NCBI GenBank assembly: GCA_051294375.1 | Contig: CM119263.1 | Coordinates: 12,252,436-12,316,435, forward strand | Direction: 5' to 3' | Length of the DNA: 64,000 bases | From: Paraspadella gotoi | Lineage: Eukaryota > Animalia > Chaetognatha | Part shown: positions 29,149 to 42,900 of the stretch, piece after piece | Layout of the letters: each line of letters begins with the position of its first letter | Position numbering within the stretch: position 1 is the stretch's first letter | Notes under the pieces: model-generated | Databases searched by the model: none | What the model was told of the DNA's origin: nothing | Seen by the model: the letters and a program-made list of their open reading frames with translations, nothing else | Position numbers and translations under genes: made by a program

Positions 29149-30543
29149 AACCTCTTTCTTTCTTTGAAATTTTAAAAATTAAAAACGAGCAATTAAGGCG
29201 TTGCTTTTGTGGCGAAGGATTTCCTGGTTCTGCAGTTTTTCGTTCTTCATGCGTTTATCTCGTTCGTTTCCTTTTTTTCAAAAGATTACTATTATGCTAT
29301 TTGAGGACTCCTCAATGAGGAGTTAGTGCCATAGTGGTCAATAAAAATAACATTCAACAAAAACCAAAGTCAATTCCGCAGAGAAAGACTTTCAGAGTCC
29401 CACATCCCCGTTTTAAATATTCAACATCTTTCATCGTTCGACTCGAGCTCGACTTTCCGAAGATAATGCAATTATAATGCAGAAAGAAGAGAAGTACTCG
29501 TTCCTCTCCATCGTCGCCTTCTTTTCTCTTTCCTCTTTTTCAATCTTCCAGTTGAGATGGAATTCCGTCGTAAATTAAATTCCCTTTTTTTTTCACTCCT
29601 CAACACTCCCCCACTCCGCTACCCGCCACCACCCTTAGGCTTAGATTCGATTCCCGACAACGAAAGCGAAAATCTTTCATTTTTCTCTTTTCGCTCGTTA
29701 ATCACGTGATCCGTGATTTTTCTTTGGTCGTTCCGACGTCGGATCGTCACGAGTCGATGGAGGCCGTCGTCGTCGTCGCCGTCGTCGACGTTGACGTCGT
29801 CCTCGTCGTCGTTGGTTCGATTCTTGAAAGGATTACGTTATGAAACGTTTTCCTCTTTGGCTTGTCATTTCATCATTTTCCCTATATTATTCCCTATCGT
29901 CGTTGTTGTCGTCGTCGTCGTCACCGTTTTCATGCCAGTGACAGGAGATACAGATTTCCCCGGGTATATAAGGAAATCCTAACTTCAAATATTTATGTTG
30001 TTATCAACGATCGTTAACGTGACTTCTGTTGCATCAAAATCGCAAACATATCGTATGAATGGTGTGTGCACTCTATGCAGTGTAAACTGTGTAGGGAAGA
30101 GTGGAAAAACTTCTCGTAGGTCGCTGTGAAACACGACTGTCATTTTGTTAATCAGTTTCGTCTTCGTCTTTCTCATTGTTGTCGATCAGTAGGATTTGTC
30201 AATTTAACCTTCATCTTTGGTGCTTTATAGTTTTTCATCTATCGATTAATTTTGTCTTTTCTTGTCATTCATAATATTCTTCCAATAAAATTTCGATGAT
30301 CGAAATCGACACAGACTTTACCAAATGGCTTTTTCCGATTTTTGCTCAGCTCCTTTGACATCTCAATTTTTATTTTTAAAAAAGGGAAATCTCTTTTCGG
30401 ACCGAATTCATTCTTAGTTCTCTGCCCTGTTTCACACCTTCATCCCAGCACCCGAATCCCCCCCCCCTTCACCCAAACAAAAAGAGGCTCCTTCTGTCTC
30501 GTCAACTCTGGCATTTTCGCGCCAAACCAGATTTCGTCTCGTT

Positions 30544-30611
<68 letters not shown>

Positions 30612-30649
30612 TCCTCTCTCTTCTCTCTTTCTCTTTCTTCCCTCTCTCT

Positions 30650-30701
<52 letters not shown>

Positions 30702-33544
30702 GCTCTCTCTCTCTCGCACTTCTCTCTCTATCCTCCGACTCACCCTTCAACTTGCTGAGGATTTTTTTTGGGCGGAAAAAATTGAGACAAAAAAGTGAAG
30801 CGTGTGGAGGCATAAATTGCGGAGTTTCTCCTCGGCGCGACGGGTCGAGTTTCTCGTCCTCTTTGTCCCGCGTTTCGTCTTACTCGTCACTTCTCCTTCC
30901 AGGTTCCACCAGGTTCCAGTTCTTTCTTCATTTTCTTTCACCCAGTTCCCGTTCTACCGATTCCTCTCTTTCCTTTTTTTCCCCTTTCTTTCCATTCTCA
31001 AATCATTGATTTTTTTTTAACCGTTATTTGTCCAGAATCTACAGTCCACAGTCCACAGTCCACAGTCCACACTACCCAGTTTCCTCGACTCGGTGACCGC
31101 TTCAACCTTCCCGCCGTTTCTCAGAGTTCTGTCTGTCATTTCCATCGCTGCCCGTTAAACTGCTCCGCTTTTTTTTCATTCTACGACGTACTTCCTTTTC
31201 CTCTTTTTACTTTTTCTCTTTGACTTTTCTTATTCCGCCTTTTTTTTGGTGCTTTTTTTGCAGTTTTAAACATTTTCTTCTTTCTTTTAATTTTCCTTTT
31301 TTTCTCTTTTCGGCCTTTTCAATTTCCTTCTTAACATTTAGGGATCATACCTGCGGCGTCAGCATCAAGTTCTCCTAAATGTTTTTTTAATAATAATAGT
31401 ACCTAATAGTACGTAGTTCATTTCACCGATTCCCCGCATCTTTAAGGCCTCACCACCTCCCCCCACTCCGGGCTTCTCTTCTCATTTTTAGCAATCTTTT
31501 TTTTTCTGCCTCTTCCCGTCATTTCACGCCATTCCCGCGCTCTCGCCTCTCGAACCAATATTAGGGGACGGAAAAGAAATAAAAAAGAAAGAAAGAAAAA
31601 TATTCCCCGAAAAAAAAAGGAAGAATTGTGTCGAAAATTTTTTCCTCGTAGATGAGGAGTAAAAAATGTTTCGCTGGGGAATTTTCGCGATATCTCCTAC
31701 GAAAACAGGAATTCGTTATTGCTCAAACCAGAAGTGGCACAGATGTGGCGCGAAATGGGCTAGATGGTGGTCCACGACTAAAAATGGCGGAGTGGCAAAA
31801 ATGGGTCTAACTCTTATACAAACGTGTCAATTTTTGTCTTGACAGACTAGAAAACCACCTTGTTATTGCATACGAAGAGCTCAGAATATAATGAGCAGCC
31901 CACACATTGCGTGGAACATATTTACGGCGGAGAACGAAGATATGCTGCATATTCGAAACCCGAGTTTTGATTGTCATGTAGTGGCGTTTCCTTATTTAGA
32001 GCGATAAGGATGTTCAATGGAACTTGGGGAGAAAGAAATTGAATTACGGAAATTCTGAAGCCAGATTCAAGGATTTTGGGTTGAGGTTCGGGTGATGTAA
32101 TTTGGTGAAGGGATGTGGAACCATCTGCTCTGCATTAACGTTCAAATTTGGGATCGTATGTAGGATAACAAGGTCGGCTCTCAATGAGTATTACTGAAAC
32201 TTTAATTTAAACCTTTTTTAATATTAGATGTAATTTAAAATTTGACCTTCTAATCACTAATGTCAATTTTTAATGGCATGATTATCTCTGAATCTTTTGT
32301 CTTTGGCCGGTAGTGATATTTTAAATGTCTTACGAATGGAAAAACCCTTTGCCATTTTTTCAAGCATTTGTAAAACTATTGACGCTGTTTGACCAGCCAC
32401 CATAGTCGCCTGTCGTGCTCGAGAAAATGCCAAAGCTACGACGACGACGACGATGACGACGACGACGACGACGCCTCCTCCGGAGATCTTGACAAGCAGC
32501 CTCCAGCCAAGATCTATGTTTGTCGTTCAGCACAGGGAAGGTAATATCTTCTTTGTTTGTCGTTTGAAAGAGTTAGAATAAAGGGCAGGTCGGCAGATGG
32601 CGAGGCATGTTGTTAAAATCATTTTAAATAGCTAAAAAGTTGATGGGAACTGGAAGCTTTTCCAAATTATGTAGTTGGGAAAGTTTAAAGTCACCTCGAT
32701 ACTTTTTGCATAAGAATTGAGCTGTCCGAGTATAGAGAAAGAAATTTGGGCTGTGACGGCTGGTTTAAAATTAAATGGCAAAAAATAATAATTCAAAAAA
32801 AAATTTAAAAGAAAGAGAGGAAAAAAATAAATATGATTAAAAAAGAAAAAAGTAGGAATCAAAAAGAGAGAGGGAAATCAAAAGAATAAAAAAACAAAAG
32901 AGGAAAAAAAAACTTAGGAGATTAGATGAGACAAAACTGAGCACAAAACAAAAGATTGAAAATTAAGGGAAAAAAAAGAGGAAAAAAAAAAAAAAAACTC
33001 GGGCGGTTGAACCGTAATTAGCGGAGAAGTGAGGCGCAAAGGATTCCGCCTTCGGATTCGCGTCAAATATGGCGCCGGACGTCGAGTAAATTTTCCCGAC
33101 GAAAGACGTTATGTGTACAATAAAACGGGCAATAAATACAGCGAAAATCGCGAGTTACGAGGTCAAAAACGTCAAGTTTTCTTTTCGCGATGGCGTCGTA
33201 ATTCAAGAAGGCAAAATAAAAGAAAGAAGGAAAGGAGAAGGTGAAGCAGAGGGGAAAAAAATAAAGACGGAAAAGAAAAAAAGTAAAATTATTTAAAAAA
33301 ATAAAGGAAAAAAGTAATATAAAAGTGGAGGAAAAAATAAAGTAATAGAAAGAGAAAAGTGAAAAGCTGATCATGCAGTTCGATTCCCTTTTATTTATTG
33401 GAATCACCGAAAAATGGATGAACGAGAGTCGGGATCCAACAGACTCAGATATTCGGAGGGCCCTTAACTCTCTTGTTAGAACGATGACAGAGAGAGATGA
33501 GATGTGACAAAGGAAGAGAATGAAAAGAATTAAGCGCGATCTCT

Positions 33545-33602
<58 letters not shown>

Positions 33603-33884
33603 CTCTCTTCTCCTCTCTTCTCTTCTCTCTCTCTCTCTCTCTTAATTTCTTTCCAGTTCTTTCTCGCTTTATTTCTTGGTCTGAGACACCGTTTTAGTGC
33701 CCCTAACGTGCCATGAATTCCGGAAAAATTTTCCCCGTAGAACAAAAGAACAAAGAAAACCTTTTTTTTTTTTTTGGTTGGAATTTCTTCTTTTTTTTTC
33801 ATTTTCTTCTTGTTTTCAGACCGCGACTCCATTCAGAGGAAACTGGAGGCTTTGGAGGAGAAGCTCGCGTATTTGGGGGAAAAG
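23405..33884 (+). CDS. Uncharacterised Ser/Thr/Gly-rich protein with a C-terminal coiled-coil segment (partial model)
   Basis: Four GT-AG exons join in phase with no stops: 23405-23552 (MSLAPPLTTPSASGLSIDFGPENMDG..KPATQ), 26808-27008 (LVRSYKSLIP..LTLQPYNPVAILPNDHGGGGG..YNPSN), 32397-32540 (STIVACRARENAKATTTTT..VVQHRE) and 33820-33884 (DRDSIQRKLEALEEKLAYLGEK|GTGAGT). The start may lie further upstream (acceptor at 23396). The terminal exon was not identified. Confidence 0.6.
23966..26938. repeat. ~1.47-kb tandem duplication around a 25-N gap (probable assembly artefact)
   Basis: 23966-25429 matches 25455-26938. The first copy of the exon (25286-25429) is garbled by indels while the second copy is intact. 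N gap at 25430-25454. Confidence 0.85.
27945..28905. repeat. 33-bp minisatellite, consensus GACGATAGAGACGACGATGACGATAACGACGGC, roughly 28-30 copies
   Basis: GACGATAGAGAC recurs about every 33 nt with scattered 1-nt indels; no unique spacers. Confidence 0.9.
31041..31070. repeat. (ACAGTCC)n tandem repeat
   Basis: About 4 perfect copies. Confidence 0.8.
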
Positions 33885-34486
33885 GTGAGTTTTTATTGCA
33901 GAGCTTTCCATCGCAGTCTTTATTATTACTCTTTCTTTCCTTTTATCTTTCTCTCTGTTTTGTTTTTTTTATAATTTCTTTATTATAAAGTTATAATGAA
34001 ATAGTAGTCTCTTCGATGGCATCCGCAGTGTGTAGACAACATGTAGTGTAGTCATAAAAACCGTTTGTAATCAATCTTCCAATCTTAATTTCTCTTTTTA
34101 TTTCGCATTTGTGTTTGTTTACCTGAAAAAGAAACCATTTTCTTCGAGCTGTACTTTTGTTGTTGTGTTTTCTTTCTTCTTCGAGACCCCAAAAGGCGTC
34201 GCTCCAGACGCGCGAATGTTATTTGTTTACGCCAAAATTTATCGCGAATCCGTCCAATCCAGCAAAATCAAAACAAACAATAAATTAAGTAGAAGGGAAG
34301 CATTTATTTGAGAAAACATCTAAATATATACATAAAGGGGTTTATAGAAGAAGTATTAGTGACAAGAGCGATGCGCAAGAATTCAATTGAAAACTCTCTT
34401 TTTCTTTCTTATCCCCTTTTCTGTCTCAGCTGCAAAAAAAAACAAAAAAAAACGCTCGTCTTCGCGTTAATCAATCATTCAACCTA

Positions 34487-34559
<73 letters not shown>

Positions 34560-36197
34560 TTATATCTAATTCTCTCTGTCCTCAACTTTGATCCTTGCTT
34601 TAACGAATGCAAAAAAAAATGCGCAAGGGTGAGTAAAACAAAGGAATGAGCAATCAAAAGAGCAACAGAATTTGCATCGAAGTCAGCGACACCTTCTTCT
34701 CAGCGCTTCCCCATTTTTTGCCTTCTCTCTCTGAATCCGCTTCACTTTCTGCTGTCTTTTTTTTAAATTTCAATTTAAATCATGCTTAAAATTAATTCAA
34801 AATACTTATAAACTAAAAAAAGTATTTGAATCAAAATATTCAAAGCCGATAAAGGACAAAAATATTCAAAATTTGAAAATTCAAAGAATACGTAATGTAA
34901 AGAATAAACAAAGAAAAGGAACAAAACAGAGAATTGTGGCTTCTGCGGTCGAGCTTCAAAGATTTATGTTCGTTAATAGAAGACGGAAATCCGGGGAGAG
35001 GAAATATGAGAGGCCAGAGGTAGAGCGAAGGGGAATAGCGTTGGGAGCGAAGAGAGGAATAATTAACAAGCCATGAACCGAAAAGGAATTTGAATTCGTA
35101 AAGGTTGCCAGAGATGGAAAGAGTTGGGACGAAGTCCTTAGAATGTAAAACGGTTAAGCCAGAATCGTAGTAGTCGCGTTATTTGTACTTCAATTGTCTC
35201 TTTTTGAAATACGCATATGCAACTAAAATACAGCTTAAAGTAAAACAGAATTCGGTCGTCTGTCTTTACTTTCTTTATCAAAAAACCCCACTATATATTA
35301 CCATTCTTCCTCCATCTTCTGCTCAAACTAATTAATTTTCCATTGAATTTGCTACAAAAAAAACTCCTCACAACAATCCTTCTTCTCCTTGGTTAAAGAT
35401 TATCACCTTATCTCACCAACCCGCCTAAATCGGTAGACGATACAAGCCGACAGACCGACTGTCCGCGACTAAAAACAGAAAATAAAAGAACAACAATTAT
35501 CATTTTTTTCAAGTGGGGGCTTTGGGGTCTGGGCAGGAGAGGATACGAGATTCTTTCCTCACTTAATCTTTCTGTTTTTCCCGACGAAGGTGACGCCACA
35601 TTTTTCTTGGTAACAAACGATGAGAACAGGGACAAAGCCGGGCGACGAAGGCCACGACGCCGACGACGACGACGATAAAGACGACTGCTGTATATATATA
35701 TATATATATATATCTAACTCCATCTCTTACTAAAATCCGTTAATTTCGATAAACTCTCTCGTCAACGAAGAGTCTAAGCGACGATTTTAAATTTAAAACT
35801 GATTTATTTAAAAACTATTTAATTTAGAATCGATTAAATTCAACTGGATAAATCGTGAGGGCGGACTCCGTGCGTCAGGAATAATGACAAGAAGAAGATT
35901 CGCAAAAGTCGCGAGAAGTATCAAGAATGAGCCTGCCAGTTTTCACGTCTTCAATTTTTCCCGCGAAACGACGTTCTATTCTAGTACGATGACTCAACGA
36001 GCAATAAGGAATAACCAAATTTCATTTTTATTCCTTCTTTTTAGCTGGATGAAAGAAAACCGAATCCAAAACTGGTTTTTTTTCTCTCCGTCTCGCTCTT
36101 TCTGTTTTTCAAATCGTCTTTAAACTTTAAATATATTTCTTTCATTCGCCTATTAGACGTATACATGTCCCAATTTTTTTCGCGCCATCTACCCGAG

Positions 36198-38890
36198 ATG
36201 AAGCTTGGACATAGTCACGTCTTTATCCTCCTTGTTTTTACGCTTTTTTGCCAACAAATGAGCATCGCCGAGATTCCGCGTCAAACCAGGAAACCGGGGA
36301 TCGACGTTCGTTTCACGCAAAAGGTTTGATCGGCGACATTTTTACTTTTGTTCTTCCCAATGATGATCACTTTGTAAAAAGATACCATTTGTTGTGGGTT
36401 GTTTTAGTGATACCGGCATTTTCCGCTCATGAGCTGAGTTGTGCCTTCGTTTTAAATTTTCATTTTAGTACTTTTATTAAAAGTTTTAAGGTAAAATATT
36501 TTTTAAAAACGCATATCATTACGACTCCCAATTCTCAGGCTGTGGACAGTCTCTGCCAATATGGCGCCAACTCCGCCCTAGATAAACTCAAACAACGCCG
36601 CCTGGCGCCGCAAACGGGAAGGAATGGCAAACTCTACTACACCTTCACTAATCTCAGATTGACGGGGCTGTCGAGACCCAAGGTGGGGGTGTCGCTGGAG
36701 GGAAAGACGTTCCAAGGATTCCACGTTGACATCAAGGGGTTGAGCGCCAAGCTGGAAGGAGATTGGCGCATAAAGTACAAGTTAGTCACTGTCGTCGGCG
36801 TTTTTGAGTGTTTTCGATTAATTTTCTCCAATGATTAAAAAAATCACCTTTCTATTCTTTGACTTTGTCTTTCCATCTACTCAACCCCTCTTCACTCAGA
36901 GGTTTCCCCCCTATTTCCGGCAAAGGGAGTTTCCGCGCCGGAGTCTACGGTTTGGGCGTCGCGGCCGACGTCGCCGTCTCCCTCGATTCCAGCAACGCCA
37001 CCTTCGGTCGACCCCGCGTGAAAGCGTTGGGGTGTCGCGGTCGCGTCGACTCCGTCTCTATTTCTTTTTCCGGAGGCTTGGTGGCGTTCGTCCTCAACTT
37101 GCTGAAGAAGACTGTGACAAAGAGAGCGCGGAAAGCCTTGCCTGGGGTGAGCGGATGATAATCATCAGAGAGAGAAAACGGAATTCTATAATTAAAAATT
37201 CAAAAGATAAAAAAAAGAAATTTAACAAGTCAAAGAATTAAAAAAAAGAAGAATCTAAGACTAAGAAATCAATCCATCCAAGAATCGAAGAATCGGAGAA
37301 TCGAAAAATGCAAGAATCCAAAAATGGTTGCGTCTTTTCTTATCCGAGATTTTCTCAGATCGTCTGCGACGAAACGAGCGACGCCGTCAACGTCCGCGCC
37401 AACCGCGCCCTTCAGCGTCTGCGCCTCGACGCCGACTTCGAGGTTCGGGTTCCAAACGGCGCCGAAATTCCGCTCGAGGTCGATTACAGCCTAACGTCGC
37501 CGCCCAAAGTTGAACCCGCGTCAAACGAAGTGGCGTCATTTGCATCGACGCCGCCGCCGCCGTCAAAACCGGCGTCGATCGAATTCGATTTAAAGGGAGA
37601 GATTTCGCTTCGTGGCAAGAAATCCGGCGTTCCCTTCGACCCTCCATCACTCGACCAGGGAGACATTTCGGCGAGAATGGTGAGAGTTTGTTGATCTGTT
37701 AATCTTTAATCGACAGTAATTTCGTTGATTGACAGAATGAGGATAAATTTGTTAAAAAATTGTCAAAACAATCACACTGACGGACAATAAACCTGGTAAT
37801 TTTCTCAAAAAGTCAGCCAATCCCCAACCTTCCCCAACAAGGTCTTAGCCCGCCCCCCCCCCCACCGCCCCACATCCACCCTCAAAACGACCACGTGAGC
37901 TTTTTTTTTCAGGTCAGCGGTCACGTCTCCTCCTTCGTCTTTAACTCCGCGTTTTATTCCGCCTACAAATCCGGCCAAATCGATTTCCGGATTTCGCGCG
38001 GAGATTTAAAGTCGGGCGACCGAGATTACCTCAACACCACCTGCGAGTTTAGCCTCGCGAAGGCGAGTCTTTCGAAGGTCGTCGTTCCTTCGCTTTACGA
38101 CGAGAAAAAAAAAACTTTTCAAAAAAAGCTACACTTTGGTTTCGTTAGTTATTAACTATTAATTTCTGTAATCAGTAACGACTGTAATGTTTTCGCCTCG
38201 CAACTTACCATTTCCCGATCTTCTTCGATTAGAAACTCGGATGCGTGGGGACGCTCGCTTCGTCGCTACCGCGACTTTTTCCAAACGCGTCCACCGAGTT
38301 GAACGCGTTTTTGGCGGCGCCACCGGAAATGAGGATTTCCAACGCCAGCGTCGAAGTGGACGTCGTCGTCAAGGTAATGGAAGGTTTCAGCTGAATGGTT
38401 GGTTGCCAAGGAGTGGCAAGGAAAAGGCGGGGGGGCTTCAAATTAAAAATGTTGGGGTTTGGTTCTTGGCAAAGAGAACGGAATTTCTTAGCGAGGGGTG
38501 GTTCAACTTGTGCGTGGTAGAGACATAGGGCTCCGAGATAGAGGGGGCGACTTGAAATGGAATGTCGTCGCGAATAAAAGCGCGGACGTGCGACGCATCT
38601 TAATCGCGTCAGACAAAAGTCAAAACGCTTTTCTCGAATTTGACTTTTTTTTTTTAAGAATCAACATTTCATGACCCCTTTGCTTTTGAAAAGAAAAAAA
38701 ATGATAACCGCTATATATATTTATTTTGCCGAGTTATTGGCTAAATCTCATTTCAATGGAAAATATAATTAAATTCCGATTAACTTTCTTTTTGATTCAT
38801 GAAATCATCATTCGGTTACTTACACTTCTTAGATGAAAAGGTTTTTAATTTTGAAAAAAATATTATTTCAATTTCATTTTTATCGGAATG

Positions 38891-38947
<57 letters not shown>

Positions 38948-39688
38948 GATTGAATCAATATTTTACAACTCAAGGCCATTTCGCTCAAGGAGAAAAAGAG
39001 GAAAAAGAAATATTAGAAATGAGCAAAGACACTAAAGAAAAATGGCGACTAAAATACGAAAAAGATAAAAAAAAAACTATAAAAGGAAAATGAATAGAAA
39101 AGAAGAAAGAGAGAAACACGAATCTTAATATAATATGTCAATAAAATCGGCAGCCGGTAGGGAAGGATAAAGAAGGAATGAAAGTTGTGGAGGAAAAAGA
39201 AGGAAATAAAAAAGAAGGAAAGAAAAGAAAAGGAGATCCGAGCGAAGTGAGAGGCAAATGAAAACAAGAGAGAATAAAAAAAAGAAGGAAAAGAAAGGAT
39301 TAAAAAAGAGGAACACTAGGGGAGAGGGCGAAAAAATGGAAAGGGAAGGAGAGAAAAAAAATAAATAGAAAATCGAACAACAACAACAAAAAATGCGAGA
39401 GAAGGAAAAACAAACAGGAAGAGAAGAAGAAGAAAAAAAAGGGGAGCAAATAAATCTTTCATCCTCGGGTCATCGTTCTTGCCCAACAATGGCCGAAGAA
39501 TCGGGGAAATAAAAGGGTGAGAAGGAAATGGGAGTTCGGGGCGGAGAGAAGTCGGATCAGGGCCGAAGGGCGACTGGACTCGGGTTGGGAGGCTGAGGTA
39601 AGTGAGGAATGGAGACGCGTGGAATTGACGTCAATGACCGGCGATGATTACTTTTCCTCAGAACGTCGTTGAAGTAAGGAGGGTGTAA

Positions 39689-39760
<72 letters not shown>

Positions 39761-39835
39761 TCTATCACGTGAATGACGATCGACATTCCTTTCCTTTCCA
39801 GGGCTAGATGTGAAAGAAAGAAAGAAAGAAAGAAA

Positions 39836-39892
<57 letters not shown>

Positions 39893-39902
39893 AAAAAAAA
39901 AG

Positions 39903-39933
<31 letters not shown>

Positions 39934-42900
39934 CGTGTCGGAAGTAAGGTTAATTCGATTTTCGCGCAAAGGGTAAGTGTCGTGTTATTAATGGAAAAAG
40001 GCGTGATCATGGAAGAAGCAGAGGATTCAGGAGTTGGTGCGCAAAGGCTTGGGAGATTTTTTGGAAGGCGGGTCTGAGAACGGGCGGGGATTTCAGATTT
40101 TGATTTATCATATCATATCATATCATATCATATCATATCATATCTAAATGACGCTAGATTTAAATATATATCTTTGGGCAAAATGATTTTTGTTTCACAA
40201 CGAATTTTATTTATCATAGAAAACGTACATGTTTCGGCTTTGGATTCAAGGGGGGCCAGCTCACTTTGAGCTCTTTCTTAATTCTTAATTTCTAACTTTA
40301 TTAACAATTCTTAACACTAAATGTATCTTCTCACTTTCACATTTCATTTTCACCTTCACTTATTTATTTATTAAATAGTTAATTGTTAATAACAGTTTAA
40401 AAACTTTATTTGTTGTACATTTGAAATGTAATATTATTTCTCTCTCCCTGTCTCTCTCTCTCTCTCCCTCTCTCTCTCCCTCTCTCTCTCTCTCTCAATC
40501 TCTCTCACTCTGACCATTTCATTCTTATTCAAAACTAAAGGGGACTGTGGTCATTTTTTGGGGTCCAGAATGAAAGTGGGCCAAACTTCGTGAATAAACT
40601 CCTCTGACCTTGGATCATCTTTGACAGAAGTCACAGATCTCTTATCTTTTCACAATGCAAAATTTTATATTCAGGCTAAACCACTTACACACATTGCATT
40701 GCCTAAGCATAAAGGACTGGATGCTAAAGCCAGAATGACGAGCATATGACTCAAGTTTAAAAGCTTAAAAATAACGCTTACAGTATTTCTCAGCTAAAAA
40801 ATGTTTATAGATAAAAAAAAAAATTAATAGCTTACTGGATGAATGCGGAATGGGGAAATGGCGATTGATCTGAAAAGTTTCAATCTTTATGGCCTTTAGA
40901 TAACTATTGATTACTATTGATTGCCAAATTTATTACCTATTGATTAATAAATCTGGATGCTGTTTGGGCATCGCGATAGATCAGTATGTCTGTTTGTCAG
41001 TCTGTCCCACTTATATCATCAATTAAAAGAAAAGAAGGATCACGCCTTGAGAGAGAGAGAGAGAGAAACAGAAAAGAAATGTAAAAAGGAGGCCATGAAT
41101 GAGGATGAGAGAGAAAAGAGAGAGAGAGAAATGTGAAAAGGAGGAACACGAATAAGGAGGAGAAAAGGAGGGAGAGAGAGAGAGAGAGAGAGAGAAAGAA
41201 AGAAAGAAAAAACAAGTTTGAGCAAACAGTGTCGGATCTGCCCATGATAATTTAAATTATGGATGCGATGTTAAGGATTTTTTGATGCCGTCACGATTGG
41301 AATCAATCAATCAATCATAGTCTTATCAAAAATGATCCAATGATGTGAGAGAAAGAGAGAGAGATAGAGATAGAGAGAGAGAGAGAGACAAAGAGACAAA
41401 CATACTTATCATAACAGATCATAACATAATAAAAATGATGTAGATGATAATCCAATGATGTGAGAGAGAGAGAAAGAGTTAATGTAATTTTTCTTTTTTC
41501 CATTTCTGATTGCACGATTCTCTCAAAACTTCATATCTAGCTTAATCACACACTTTCCTACACACATACAAAATTTCATCTTGATTTCTATATCAATTTT
41601 TTAAAAATTAAAGCATTCATTTTTTTCATTCCATTAATCCACTAATTGGTGTTTTTTTGCTAAGGTGGGATGGACAGACGGACATCATTTTTTTATGGCA
41701 TAATTTATCATAATTCGATGTTCTGACATGATATAAGTGAATGCCGACAAGATTGAGGGGGTGGACCGACGGACCAAAAAAGTAAATTATAAAGTGGGGA
41801 TCTGCTAATAAGCAGATCCGACTAAAAAAAGATAGAAATTTAAAAAGGGAGGGAGAGAGAGAGAAAGAGAGAGCGAAAGAGAGAGAGAGAGCGGAAAAAA
41901 GAAAGAGAAATGAAAACGGAGAGGGAGAGAGAAAAAGAAAGAGAGAAATGTAAAAGTTGGTTTATGAAAGAGGAGGATTTGAGAGATATGTAGATTATTT
42001 TAATGCAGTGCATGGTGACAATTTTATAAGCGCCGCTAGAAAGAGCTGTCATTCGAAACGCATAGGAATTTTTTCATCCTGAGATTTTCATTTGTTTACC
42101 TATAATTTTTTGGTTACTCACATTATTTTTCATGCCATAATGAGTGTCTGTCTCTCTCTGTACGATCTCTTGCGTGATCGTTCATTTTTTGGAAAATTTT
42201 GATTATTTTTTTCTTTCTAAAAAAAAAATTTATCAGGCGCTTATGGCAACAGCCGGGTTGCCTGTGATGCCCATTGGGATGGGGAATCTCACTGTTGGCT
42301 TTTGGGGCTTCCGACCCTCAGTGACGCCTCCAGTCACTGGCGCAATTACCCTAGGACGGTCTCGCTTTGACAACGTCTCTCTCCGTCTCTCTTCATGCTT
42401 GAAAGATAGGCAAGACCCAACAGAATCGGAATCAGTGCATGACTGCCGTAAATACCGCAAATAAAAAAAATTTAAAAAGAATTTAGACTAAGCGCCATGT
42501 TTATTTCAGTATTTTTTAGTCAAGACCTTTATGGATTTTCTTTGTTCCGGCGGCGTTGGATAGCCCAAACACGTCGAAGACGACGACGAAAATGACGACG
42601 ACAAATACGACGTAGACGTCGACAAAAATGACGACGAAAATGATGACGAAGAGGAAGACAAAACTGACGACGAAGAAGACAACAAAGAAGACAATGAAAA
42701 CGACGACGAAATTGACGACGACGAAGAAGACGACAAAAACAACAGAAAGACGATGACGACAACGAAAATGACAACGATGTCGAAGATGACAACGAAAACG
42801 AAGATGAAAATGATGATGAAGACGAAGAGGACGACAAAGAAGGCGACGAAAATGGGTGCTGTCCAGCTTCTTTCTCTCTCTCTCTCTCTCTCTCTCTGTA

